Positions 52,436 through 64,000 of a DNA stretch of 64,000 nt are shown here, one piece after another (the stretch's first letter is position 1; each line of letters begins with the position of its first letter). The stretch is taken from positions 247,622-311,621 of the forward strand of contig MU058384.1 in the NCBI GenBank assembly GCA_013265495.1. Reading direction: 5' to 3'. The stretch is from Vicugna vicugna (lineage: Eukaryota). Below the pieces are notes generated by a model. The model saw only the letters and a program-made list of their open reading frames with translations. It did not search any database and was not told where the DNA came from. The translations under genes and the position numbers were made by a program.

Positions 52436-52588
52436 TTTTTTTAAAAAAAATATTTATTTATTTATTTATTTAGAGGGAAATACTTTTTTTTTTTCACTTG
52501 TTTATTTTTAATGGACGGGCTGGGATTTGAACCCAGGACCTTGTGCACTCTAGGTACACACTCTACCACTGAGCTATACCCTCACCCC
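52436..52588 (-). mobile_element. tRNA-Ala-derived camelid SINE (Vic-1-type)
   Basis: Reverse complement GGGGTGAGGGTATAGCTCAGTGGTAGAGTGTGTACCTAGAGTGCACAAGGTCCTGGGTTCAAATCCCAGCCCGTCCA has pol III A box TAGCTCAGTGG and B box GGTTCAAATCC, followed by an A-rich/(AAAT)n tail. Confidence 0.9.
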
Positions 52589-52789
52589 TTTTCATCATCT
52601 GTGATATTTTATCAACTTTTGGTCATTTTAAGACATTCTACATATTTTATCATATTGAAAATGTATTTGTAAAGATAAGAAGATAGAAGTCAATTTATTA
52701 ATAGCTTCTGAGCATGATTTAAACATTAAAAATATTTAGACATATCATATGAAGGCTTCCATCTGCACTATTTTCCTGTTAATTATAAC

Positions 52790-54170
52790 ACTGAGTGGCT
52801 CTCACTTCACCTACACCCAGTAAACTGGACCCTTTTAAAATTGAAGTCCGCACACACCACGCTACCAGCCGAGATGTTGAACATGGCTAAAGGAAATTAC
52901 AACTCATGTTGATTTTTTTCACATTAAATTGTGACCACAAGCATTAAGCAGGTCCTTGGTGCTGACAAACACTGTAGTTCCCTTGTTAACTTACTAACCA
53001 CTTTCATTGATGACTGTCATTCACCATTTTCTTCAGACCTCCAGCTCCATGTCTCTTATTATGAGCATCAACTGATAATCTTTCTTCTTATTTCACTGAT
53101 AGGAAATTCTGTATTCCTTTACATTCTGCATCCTTCTCCCACCCATCATCATATTAACAAATGTTCATCTGTATTCATATACACTTCTTATCCTCGGTTT
53201 TTTTCAAGTAAATTAAGATGAACTCCTTCATTCGTACACATGATTGTATCCTTTCATGATTACTCACTTCTGAGTTATTCCTGCTCTCTCAGAAACCAAC
53301 ATTTTTTTGCTCTCTTCTGAATATTTCCATCACCATAGCAACCAAGCATGATTTCTCCCATCCTAAAATAAATATGCCCTTGTGCTCACATCTCTCTCCA
53401 GTGACCGTTCTGTCTTTCTGTTCCATACTATAGCAAAACTCTTTGAAAGGATTTTCCATATGTTCAGCCTCCACTTCTGATTTTTCGAGCATCCTTTGAC
53501 CTTAGTTGCTCGAGGCTTTTATCTCAAGAGCTAATTGACATTGTTCTTCTCAAAGCCTAGGCAACATTTTGCTAGTCTTAGTTGCAGCAATACAAAATTG
53601 ACCCCTCACTACTCCCTGACATACATCTTTCTTTTGGTCTTCACACCAACATTCTTTCTTTGACTACCATTCAATAGCTCTACTTAATCTAGAGAAAACA
53701 AAGTCCAAAGTTTTTATAAGTATTTACTAGTACCTGTGAGATTTAATCATTCTTCTAATTCCCTGACCTTATATGTTTTTATTTTCCCCAATTCACAGGG
53801 TTCTATATGATCTCTTTTCTATTTCTAGAATACATCTATCAGCTGGCTACAATTTCAGAGTCACTCAGTTATTGTTCATTCTGCATGGAAATTATCTCTA
53901 GATGAAATCTGCATAACCCACACCATTACTGCCTTTAATCTCTATTAAATTCCTAACTTATTAGAATTGTTTTCCCTAATAAGCTTATCAGAAAGCATTT
54001 CTGACAGGTCCCTTTGTCTGCATACCCTGCTATATTTTTATTTCCTTCCTAGAATGAAGACTCCCTGCCATCTCATTTTTGTTTTTTATATTTTCTTATG
54101 TTTATATCCTGCTAGAATTTATGTTTCTAGTATGTCACTACATTTTTGAATAAATGTGTGAATGAATACA
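52790..54170 (+). mobile_element. L2 (RT region to 3' end), decayed
   Basis: atagcaaaactctttgaaagg, aattgacattgttcttctcaaag, aaaattgacccctcactactccctga, tail tttttgaataaatgtgtgaatgaat. Confidence 0.7.
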
Positions 54171-54254
54171 TATTTGAAATCAGCATACTCTTAGACAACC
54201 CAAAAGCATTAACTTAACATTTTAGGAAGTTACATTATAATTGAAAAAAAGGCC

Positions 54255-55795
54255 ACCAGGATGTAGGGGAGATACCAGGATGACATACAGAAGATGACAA
54301 ATGAGTCTAACTGTACTACAGATGTTTGATATGACTATACTGAAGGGGATGAAAACAAACAAACAAAAAACACAAAAAAGGAGTTTATCTATGTAATTTT
54401 GGAAAACTGTGTTTGACTGGAAACTGTAAAGCTAAAGATAAAAGGATCCATTTGTAAACACTGTACTCTACTTGGTACATTTGTATTTTGTGGAGGTGTG
54501 GGCTAACAAATCTGAAACCATGCACATGTGTATTAGAGTTGAACAAATAAGTAAACAGAGAGAACTCTAATGAATATGTGTTTAGCTTAATATGCGTATA
54601 GAAATAATAAGGTACTGAAACAATTACAGATATGTGTGTATATATCGATTAGTGTGCATACATGTTCTCTGACCATGGAGAGGTCCTGGTAGCCGTGGCG
54701 TCCCAGTAGCAACAAGCACACCAGTGCCCAGATCTTGGTTTCTAAATTACATTCTCCAATAAAAGGAACTAGGACAACTTGGGAAAAAATTGCACATTCT
54801 AGGACTGGGACAAGGGAAATACAAGATTAGTGCTGAGCATCATATAGTTTGAGAAGGTAAGAGAGTGCTCAAACAACAACAGCAACAACAATGTGTGATT
54901 AGAAAAGGGACAGAGGGCATAACATAAAAGTGTTCTCAATGGCCAAAATGAACAAAACATTGAGCAAGAAATATAATGTATATTGAACTGTAACCCAGTG
55001 TATAAAATAAATATACATATGTCTATATTGATACAGCTATATGATAATAAATAAATAAATATGAAAGAAGACACAAATCTTCCTTAGAGAATTATTCTAA
55101 TAATATATTTAGATAGTCTCCATCTGGAAGGTAGAGCTTAGTCAACTCCCAAGACATGTACAAATGAGGTGAATAAACTTAAGTGATTCACTTCAAAAGG
55201 ATACAGAATGATAAAAACAGTAACTTCATTCATGATAGAGAGATTTGTAAAATACTATCTTAACCAGCTGATGAAGTTTTATTTCACCTGTGAGCATGTG
55301 GACATCATGTTACCCCAAAAATGATTTAATGAGAAGCACACATTATCTCAGTGCTTTTTCTTCCAGAAACTCACAACCTCAGTGTAATCAAGATAAAAGA
55401 CATTAGACAAACTCGAGTTGAAAGATAGTCCACACACACACACACACACACAACTAACTAGTAGTTTTTAAAACTGTCAAGGTTATGAAACATAAGGGAA
55501 AACCAAGACACCATCACAGCTAAATGTAAATGGGTTAAGCTGGATTGGATCATGGAACACAAAGAAAAAATTACTGGAAAACTGATTATATATGAATAAA
55601 CCTGGCTTAATTAACAGTAATGTACCAATGTTGATTTCATGATTTCATAGCTTCCACAAGTGTACCATGAACATGTAAGATACTAACAACAGGAAAAAAA
55701 AATTGTGAAGAGGTATATGGCAACTATTTGCACTAACTTGGCAACTTTCATGTATACAGAAAATTATTTCAAAGTATAAAGATTATTAAAAATAA
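54255..55795 (+). mobile_element. L1MC3/L1MD-like long 3' UTR
   Basis: gtcccagtagcaacaagcacaccagtgcccagatcttggtttctaaat...ctccaataaaaggaactagg...aaaactgtcaaggttatgaaa...gcaactttcatgtat...aaagtataaag. Confidence 0.88.
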
Positions 55796-55799
55796 TAAT

Positions 55800-56720
55800 T
55801 TAATGTAAGATTAAATAAAACTATTCAAATCAATGATCAAATTTGGAAATTAGAAAAAAAATCAGTGAATTAAATAAAAATAATTGGAAGTAAATAAATA
55901 ATAAAGGTGAGTAAAAATGATCTAGAAAATAGGAAAAATAAGGCATATCCATGAAATCAAAAGGTGGGTCTGAAAAAATCAATAAGATTTATAAACCTCT
56001 AGGTAGACTTATCAAGATGCAGTAGAATTAAATAGAGTCAAGAAATAGACTGAGACAGTCAGTTGATTTTGGTAACGGTACACAAGTAATTCAATGGAGG
56101 AAAGAATCTTTTCAAAATAAGGTAATGTAACAATTGTGCCTCCATATAAGAAATAAACTCAACTCTTACCCCACAGCATACCCCCAAATTTATTTGAAAT
56201 TGATCATAAAAACTAAACCTGTAAAAATTCTAGAATAAAACCATTTTGGAAATAGTTTGGCAATTTCTCATTATGGTAAACATTTAATTACCATATGACC
56301 CAGCATTTCCAATCCCTTATTTATCCAAGATAAATGAAACTGTATATCTGTGCAGACTTATATATAAATGATCAAAGAAACTTAACACATAATAGTTGAA
56401 AACGGAAACACCCAATTGCCCATTAACCAGAGGAAAGATAAATAAATTGTGATACATCCATAAAATAAAATACTAATCATTAATCAGAATGCATGAGCTA
56501 TTGATCCTTGCAAAAACTAGATGACTATCAAAAAGATTATACTGAGTTGAATAAATCAGGCAGAAAAGTGCATACTGTATGATTAAATATATATGAAATA
56601 TGTGATGATATATTAAAATGTAGAAATAACTAATTTAATCTTTAATTGGAGAAATCCAATCAGTGTTTGTTTAGCATCAGTAAACTGGTTTATTGTGAAG
56701 TTACGGGAGGAATACTTGGA
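55800..56720 (+). mobile_element. Old L1 (L1ME-like) ORF2/3' fragments
   Basis: aaaaaatcaataagatttataaacctctagg, ttggaaatagtttggcaatttct...ccatatgacccagcatttcc, aataaattgtgatacatccata. Confidence 0.8.
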
Positions 56721-58216
56721 TTTTAGAGATCTAGTTAATCTATTAACCAACTAAACCTAATTAATTAAGTCTAATTATACAGATTTTCATGTTCAATTTA
56801 AGTTCATTTGTATTATTCTTTATTTTAAAAATTACATCAATAAATTGTGCTACACATGCAAAGAACTTATGTGAGATGTGTTTGTGAAGGTCATTGTATT
56901 TGGGTGATATCAAGGAGACAAATTTACAAATTCGTGACCTCACAGTGCTTAACAGGTATAGGATGCATGAGTTAGTGACATCATCCATAAATGGAACTAA
57001 TTCAAGCAGGAGTGGGAGCTCAGACTCAGGTCTTCAGGCAAAAATTCTCCCTTCTTAAATGTCGTGGGTGATTGTGTGGCCTTCGGGGAGCTCACCATAC
57101 GTATGGTAGAGAATGAATTTTATTCAGGCTCAATTACATTAGAAAAAAGAAACCCGGTGGCAGTAGTATTCTCTATACACAAATTAAACTCCCCAGTTTC
57201 ACTACCTAATTAGTAAACCTTTTATCTATTTTTGTAAAAAATACTCAGTTTTGGTGAGGGATGCTAACTTGACACAACATTGTGTATTGCTACTCTGTGT
57301 CATTTACATTGTTAAATTTGTATTTATTTATGTTTTCTACATACTCAACAATATTTATGTATTTTTGCAAAGGAGCAAACATTTTGTTATTTATTATTGA
57401 TAAAGATCTTAAGAAAATTACATTCATCACCAGTTTTGCTTGAAAATGCAAAGCATCCATTGTGGAATGCATCAAATCAATTGAATATAAAATGTGTAAG
57501 CAAAATCTTTTCTGTGATTAACAAGTAGACTAGATGTGGTTCAGTAAATGAAAAGATTCTGTAAACTGATATACGATCAGTTCCAAGCTCTAACACCCTA
57601 GATGAGAACATACTGATTCGTTAAACATTTACTGAATGCCTACTATGCTCTAGGCTCTGTAGATATGGAAAAACTGCTCTTAATATATTTCCTTTTCTTT
57701 ACAATGAACGTGTATCTCTGATTTACCCAAAGGATAAATTGCTGCAGTTTACATTCTTAATCTAGTGCCACAATTATATTAGAATAATTCTTAGATGTAA
57801 TTTGTGTGAACTAGGAGATGAATTCCTTAAATAGTTGGTTCTCATTTATCTTATTCTAGTAATGTGTAAATTAATAAGAAACTTAGACTACACTGTTCTA
57901 AATTCTTTCAAATCTTTCTCCCCAAAGTGTACTTGCGGAGCAGTGTACTTCACAGTTTCATGTTATTTTTTTCAGTAACATACTATTTTAATATCATTTA
58001 CAACATTTGAAACTGTATTTGATCCCTGACTACCATTTAAAATTATTTCCACTTGTGTTTACTTTAAGATTCATAAATATTCATAATCATGTAAATTAAT
58101 TCTTAGCAAATATCTGATTTACAGACTATTCCTTTTCAACTAACTCCTAGAACTGAGTCTTTTGACAAGGCAAAAATATTTTTTCATTGCACCTTACAGT
58201 TCTAGTGTACCATGTT

Positions 58217-58443
58217 GTATTTGTTTTTATTGATGCCATGACAAATTACCATAAACTAAGTGGTTTAATACAACAAAATTTTATTATTTATTACCTTAGA
58301 GTTCTGAAGCCAGAAGTCCAAAATGGGTCTCTCTAAGCTAAAGTCAAGTATCAGCAGAGCTGCTATATAAGGTAACATATTAACTGGTTCCAGAGTATAG
58401 GGGATGGACATTTTGGGGAGTCCATTATTCTGCCTACTATACA
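58217..58443 (-). mobile_element. MaLR LTR (MLT1C/D-like), internally deleted
   Basis: tgtatttg...acaaattaccataaactaagtggtttaa...gtatcagcagagctgc joined directly to tatataaggtaacatat...ccattattctgcctactataca. Confidence 0.85.
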
Positions 58444-58461
58444 CACAAATGAAAATCATTT

Positions 58462-59565
58462 TAAAAGTCCACACTGGGAGAAAATATTTGCACAACACGT
58501 AACTGACAAAAGATTAGTATTCAAATTTTACAAAGAACTCTTAAAACAAAATTATAAGAAAACAAACAACCCAACTGAACAAATGCGCCTTAATGGACAC
58601 CTCGCCAAAGAAGATATACAGATGGCAAATAAACCTATGAAAAGATATTCAACAGCCTACTTCATTAGGGAATGGCAAATTTTAACAATGACATACCACT
58701 ACATACGTATTAAAATGTCCAAAATCCAAAGCACTGACATCATCAAATGCTGGTGAGGATGTGAAGCAAAAGAAATCTCATTCATTGCTGGTGTGAATGC
58801 CAAATGCTACAGCTACTTTGGAAGACAGCTTGGCAGTTTCTTAACAAAGCCAAACATACTCTTTAACTTCTGATCCAGCAATCACACTCCTTGGTATTTA
58901 CCCAAATGAGTTAAAAATTTATCTTCACAAAAAACAGCAATGAATGTTCATAACAGCTTTGTTCATAATTGCCCAAACTTGGAAGCAACCAAGATGTCTT
59001 TCAGTAGGTGAATGAATAAACTATGGTACAACCATGTAATGGAATATTATTCAGCAATAAAAACAGATATGAGTTATCAAACCACAAAAAGACATGGAGG
59101 AACCTTAAATGCACACTGTCAAGTGGGAAAAAGCCAGTCTGAAATGGCTACAAACTGAATTATTCCATGTACATGACATTCAGGAAAGGGCAGAACTGTG
59201 AGTATGATATAAAGATCAGTGGTTTCCAGGAGTTTCAAGAGAGAAAGGGGAAAGATGAGTAGGTGGAGCACAGAGGAATTTTAGGGTAGTGAAAATTCTT
59301 TGTGATATTCTAGTGGTATATGCATGTCATTATGTATTTGTCAAATCCATAGGAGGTATAACACCAAAGTGAATTCTAATGTAATCTATGGATTTAGTTA
59401 ATTATATATCAATATTGGCTCATCAGTTTTAACAAAAAATTACTACACTAATGCAAGATGGAAGTGACGGGGCATAAGCGGTATATGGGCACTCTGTACT
59501 TTCTGCTCAATTTTTCTGTAACCCTAAAACTGCTCAAAATATAAGATCTAAGATTTAAAAATGTA
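58462..59565 (+). mobile_element. L1MC1/2-like ORF2 end and 3' UTR
   Basis: ctgggagaaaatatttgca...aagaagatatacagatggcaaataa...aaatgctggtgaggatgtg...ctctgtactttctgctcaatttttctgtaaccctaaaactgctc. Confidence 0.92.
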
Positions 59566-59989
59566 ATTGTAAAAAGCATTCTAAAAATATTAGTAAGTTG
59601 AAAATACGAGGTAAAAATTACAGTCTTTTTCAGGAGACTACTTATTTTCACCCACATTTTGTGGTAGAGAAATCTTTCTCACAGTTATCTGATCATGAAT
59701 ATCACCTGGTATGTTTGAGAAAGATAATGTATTGTTTATCCACCTCAAGTCTGCCAAATCAGATTCTATTTTGCGGAGGACTATAATTTTATAAAATGTC
59801 CACACATGATTAATATGATTGAACAAATTTTAGAAATTGCTGGGAGGAAATTTTCTAACGTCCGTAAATCAGTAACTTATATGCTCTTCCAAAAATTTTT
59901 TTCGTAAAGATCAGAAAGTCAAAGGAACTTAAATATGTAGACGTAAATGTGAAAAATTACTATCGATAGACATTAGAAAGCATTAAAAT

Positions 59990-62146
59990 TTTAGCTGGGG
60001 TTCTTATTCACCAAAAATTTCTGTGTTTTCCATTCTATGCATATAACAGGATAATACGTTCCTAACCCTTTTAAATTAGGTATGGCTCTGTGACCTATTT
60101 TGGCCAAAAGTTTTTAATTGTAAGGGATGTGTGCCAGGACCATGTAAGAGCTTTGAAAGTCAGCGGGAGATTTGCCATTTAATTTTTTTACTATTTTAGA
60201 AATTGTATCAGTTGTATACAAGGTTGAGCTGAGTAGGCATAATAAGCAGATAACCTTTCTGAATATAGCAGGAATGAAAAATAAACTGTATTTTGTGAAG
60301 CCACTGTGATTTAGAGTTGTTAATTAGTGTAACATAACTTTGGCTAATGTAATTAATTCAGAATTTGGTACCAAGAGTGAGCTGCTTTCATAAAAACAAC
60401 AGAAAACAGAAAACAAAAACAGAAACAAACCCTGAAAGATGTAGTGATACTGGCTTACACAGTGAGTAATGAGTGGTGAAGCATCTGTTATTTAAATCTG
60501 AATAGATAGTGATCGATATTCTGCAGTGGGCAAAACATTTGGTAAAACTGTAGCCTAAGATCATTTGGAAGGCTGTTCGTGTACATAATGAACTTGAATC
60601 CCTTAATTAAAAGTTTGGAAAATAAAGTTATTGGCAAGAATCGTTGTTATTCACTACATAATGCACGATATTACATATGAGAGAGAAATTCAAGAAAGAA
60701 CTGGCCAGTTTGCTAGCAGTTATAAAGAGTAATGGAGAGGTACCCAATTCCAGGAAATTTTAGGATTACATAAAGCAACTGCTTCTCAATCTCAAACAGT
60801 GAAAGATAAAATTTAAAAATGCTTTCAGTGTCAAAGACATGTTAAAACTACTGAATGGATAAAGTTGGTGCCAGTCATCTCTTTCATTTTGATTCTTGGC
60901 TCCGGAAAAAGAGCCTAAAGATATTGGTCTCCCATCAAATACTCCCACAGTTAAGTTGAGAAAGACAGGCATAGGGAAAGATAAACAAGAAAAGTAGCAA
61001 TTGTGAGAATTAAGTCTAAAAAGGAATTATAAGCGTAGTTATTGTCCTATGATCTGACTGGAATCCGACAGATAAGCATCTCAGTAGGTTTTTAGAAGAT
61101 TGTCCTGTCAAACAAAATATACTCCTGAAGTAGAGAAGCCTTTAGCTCTTTGAGATTTAAAAAGATCCTTGGGACCCCAACTTTATAGGTGGAAAAGAGC
61201 TTAAAATTTTGCTTAGTCCCCAAGAAAAGTTTATTCTCCAGTGCCTGCCTTGCATATGTTCAGTGTAAAAAAAATGGATAAAATAATCTTCCAGAGAATA
61301 AAATAATGTCCTCAGTATAAGTTCAAATAGGGAATCCCTCGCAAGGAGAAAATCTGGACCATTATCGAGGAATATTCTCCATACTTAGGTCAGAGGACTT
61401 CTAAAGTTTTCCTAATAGGTTTAGAATTGTTATGTATCATTATCTTCTGTGTCTATCCCTTTCAGTATGGAAGACTTTTGTAAGAATTCAGGGTCAGTGA
61501 ACTTTATTTATTTACTTATTTATACTTAATTAATTAATTTATTTTAGGTGATCAAGAGAATGCTTTTGTTTTAGATGGTCAAGAGAATGGTTATTTACTT
61601 CCCTTTTTTAATTTAGTTAATCAAGAGAAGCCATTACCACAGATCACCCAGGACTTTGCCTTAGTTCTGTGACTGGACAGAAATTGAGTTTTGTATAGTG
61701 AGGGAAGATATGCATGCTTTTGTTTGAGGGACAAAAAGTTCACTGAATTCTTGGTTGCAGAAACACAGATCATGGTCATTATGACTGTTTCTAGCTCTGC
61801 CACTTTTCAAGCATATGGTGGATTTACATTTCCCTGTCTGCTTGAAACTTTTTGTGATCACATATCTAACTTTGATCAACACAAGGTGAGCAAAAGTCAT
61901 TTATCTCACTTCTGGATGGAATCTTTAAAGCTGGAGTACAATCACATATTCCCCTTATCTTGACCAAAGTCACTAGATGCATGTGGTAAGCTGGAGGATT
62001 TATCAGCATCCTTTCCAGAGTGACTGGAGTAAGCAGAATTCCTTTTTACATTGGACGTGTGAAACAAACAAATTTTGTCCTGTAAAGCACTGAGGTTTGG
62101 GGGCTCTTTCTTACTGCAGCATAATTTAGCCCATCCTGATCAAATA
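59990..62146 (+). mobile_element. MLT1I/J-like MaLR: 5' LTR (to ~60360), internal region (~60361-61700), 3' LTR (~61700-62146)
   Basis: The two LTRs end alike (aataaactg..tgtgaagccactgtgatttagagttg / tgtaaagcactgaggtttggggg..ttactgcagcataatttagcccatcctga). The internal part starts gaatttggtaccaagagtg. Confidence 0.75.
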
Positions 62147-63357
62147 TTACCAAATTAATTATTCAAGACAAAAGATTCACTGATGTATCTTTTCAATATA
62201 TATTCTCTTAGTTTATCTAATGTTTCATATGCAGATTACTTTTTATCAGAAACAGTAAAGATTGAAGGGGAAAATGTGACAAGCAAATTAATAAATTATG
62301 AAAACATGTAACTGACAGTTTACTCATCAGAAACTGAGATTCAGCCTTAATTTTAATGCAATGAAAGTGTAATGTAATAGTCCTAGGAAACATACTTGAG
62401 TTTAGGCAGCTGATTTTTAAATATATATTTTTTATAAACTGTATATTTTCTACTTTTTCTTGAGTGTAGTAGATACATACTACTCTGTCTTACATGATTC
62501 TAGTGATATGTGAGAAAATGCATTCTTCCAACTCTTTTCTTAATTTAGTACTGTTTAGAAAGATGCTCTGTGAAGAAACCAACTTAAAAAGAAATTGAGT
62601 ATGTGTTGTATTTTTATGATGTATATATTTACTTTTGTCCTGTATCTTATGATGAGGAAGTATTTTGTTCATAGAAAGATTTGGTTAATTAAAAAGCCAC
62701 ACTCAGTATAATACAGTATGAAAATACTTACTAGTTCTTCCTTTAAACATTACAAATCAGAGTGCTCTGAGTGATCCAGTTATAATGATCACTACATACT
62801 GCTGCAAGTTCCTCTGTAATATTGTCATATCTGTAGGACCTGTCTACCAGCCATGCCAGCTATGCGCCACAAGTAAAAACATTTAGAAATATTTTCTTAT
62901 ATATTACTTCCCAGCACTGATGGATGAAATAGCTAAGCATAATTAATGTAGCACTTTAAGAATATTTTAATTTATTAGTTCCGTCATCTTTCATTTTGTT
63001 AAAAGAAATTTGGAAGAATTATTTTAGAACAAAAGAAGGACAGATAAATTCTGGCATAAGAAATTAAACAGGTGTTACCTTTGAGATCCTTTAAAAAAAT
63101 AGTGGCAGAAGGTTTGTTAACACCTCGAGGAAAATACTATTAACCACAGTCACAAGTCTGTTAAGTTCTAGTCTCAACTTATAGAAATTAAAATTAAAAG
63201 AATGAAAGTAAAATTATGATAGTTGAAAAGCGGCCAATTACTGTGCTTATTCACGAGGCCAAGTAATATTAAAACACAAAGGTGGTTGGAAATATGTTCT
63301 TGGAAAGAACATATATTTCGGGTTGAATTTATGTATTTATACAAACGCATAGCCATT

Positions 63358-63895
63358 TATTTACTATTTATTTTTTAAAAATTTATTGAAGTATTTTTGA
63401 TTCATAATGTGTTAGCTTCTGGTGTACAGCAAAGTGATTCAGTTATACGTATGTGTGTATATATGTACTCTTTTTAATTTTCTCTTCCATTGTAGTTTAC
63501 TACAGGATACTGAATGTACTTCCCTGTGCTATACAGTAGGACCTTGTTGTTTATCTATTTTATATATAGTAGTTTGTATCGTATGGTATTTGTCTTTCTC
63601 TTTCTGATTTACTTCACTTGGTACGATTATCCTTAGGTCCATCCATGTTGCTGCAAATGGCATTATTTCATTCTTTTTTTATGGCTAAGTTATATATGTG
63701 TGTATAAATATATACCACAACTTGTTTATCCATTCATCTGTCGACGGACATTTAGGTTGCTTCCATGTCTTGACTATTGTAAATAGTGCTGCTATGAACA
63801 TTGGAATTCATGTATCTTTTTGAATTATAGTGTTCTCTGGATATATGTCTGGGGTGGAATTGCTCGATCATATGGAAACTCTATTTTTAGTTTTT
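63358..63895 (-). mobile_element. Relatively young Cetartiodactyla-type L1, 5'-truncated, with an internal 3' UTR deletion
   Basis: tttattgaagta...ttctggtgtacagcaaagtgattcagttata...ttccctgtgctatacagtaggaccttgttg...ccatccatgttgctgcaaatggcattatttcattc; TSD catagccatt (63348-63357) / catagctatt (63896-63905). Confidence 0.92.
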
Positions 63896-64000
63896 CATAG
63901 CTATTATGTAGATATATGTGTATATAATATATATAATGGTTACCCTCTTTCCTAGTGTTTGACCTCTGTATTACCAAAGAGAAAGCTCATGTAATGGCAA

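Noticed and set aside
52512..52588. Functional tRNA-Ala gene
   Set aside because: The acceptor stem and anticodon arm are degenerate, and an A-rich retroposon tail follows. It is a SINE head.
57094..57107. 14-bp perfect palindrome accatacgtatggt (and ggcctcatgaggcc at ~18606)
   Set aside because: A few 14-bp palindromes are expected by chance in 64 kb (about 64000/4^7), and there is no supporting context.
254..63607. ORF-track entries as protein-coding genes
   Set aside because: All are 124 aa or shorter, many start at non-ATG codons and have low-complexity F/L/I/K composition. The recognisable ones (423-614, 922-1116, 23398-23688, 33038-33331, 34644-34880, 37057-37242) are decayed L1 ORF2.
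1..64000. Repeat strand bias indicating a host gene intron
   Set aside because: L1s are mostly minus-strand in the first 37 kb but mostly plus-strand after 54 kb, while most LTRs are plus-strand. The signals conflict, so no host-gene orientation can be inferred.
1..64000. CRISPR arrays, operons or other prokaryotic systems; NUMT; CpG-island promoter
   Set aside because: The sequence is mammalian repeat-rich nuclear DNA. I saw no regularly spaced direct repeats, no mitochondrial-like segment and no CpG-rich island.

Overview
AT-rich, CpG-depleted mammalian genomic DNA. It is most likely from a camelid (camel/alpaca/llama), judged from a tRNA-Ala-derived Vic-1-type SINE at ~52.4-52.6 kb and Cetartiodactyla-style L1 3' ends. 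I recognise no protein-coding gene, RNA gene or CpG island. The ORF track consists of short chance ORFs or decayed L1 ORF2 pieces. The window is a mosaic of old interspersed repeats: many L1 fragments, L2, L3/CR1, MIR, about a dozen MaLR (MLT1) LTRs including two LTR-internal-LTR elements, ERVL LTRs with a gag remnant, MER31, and a MER41-like ERV1 segment. The most notable structures are (i) an ERV1 3'-internal+U3+R segment ending directly in poly(A), apparently a retroposed ERV transcript, with STAT-like and octamer motifs; (ii) a twin-primed (5'-inverted) L1; (iii) several nested insertions with TSDs; (iv) repeat-poor islands with candidate enhancer motifs (RFX X-boxes, a STAT5 site flanked by GR half-sites, an E-box/homeobox cluster); and (v) one frame-preserving 117-nt exon candidate. 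I found no convincing new biological system. Repeat family names come from my recall of consensus sequences, not from a database search, and boundaries are approximate unless a TSD is given.
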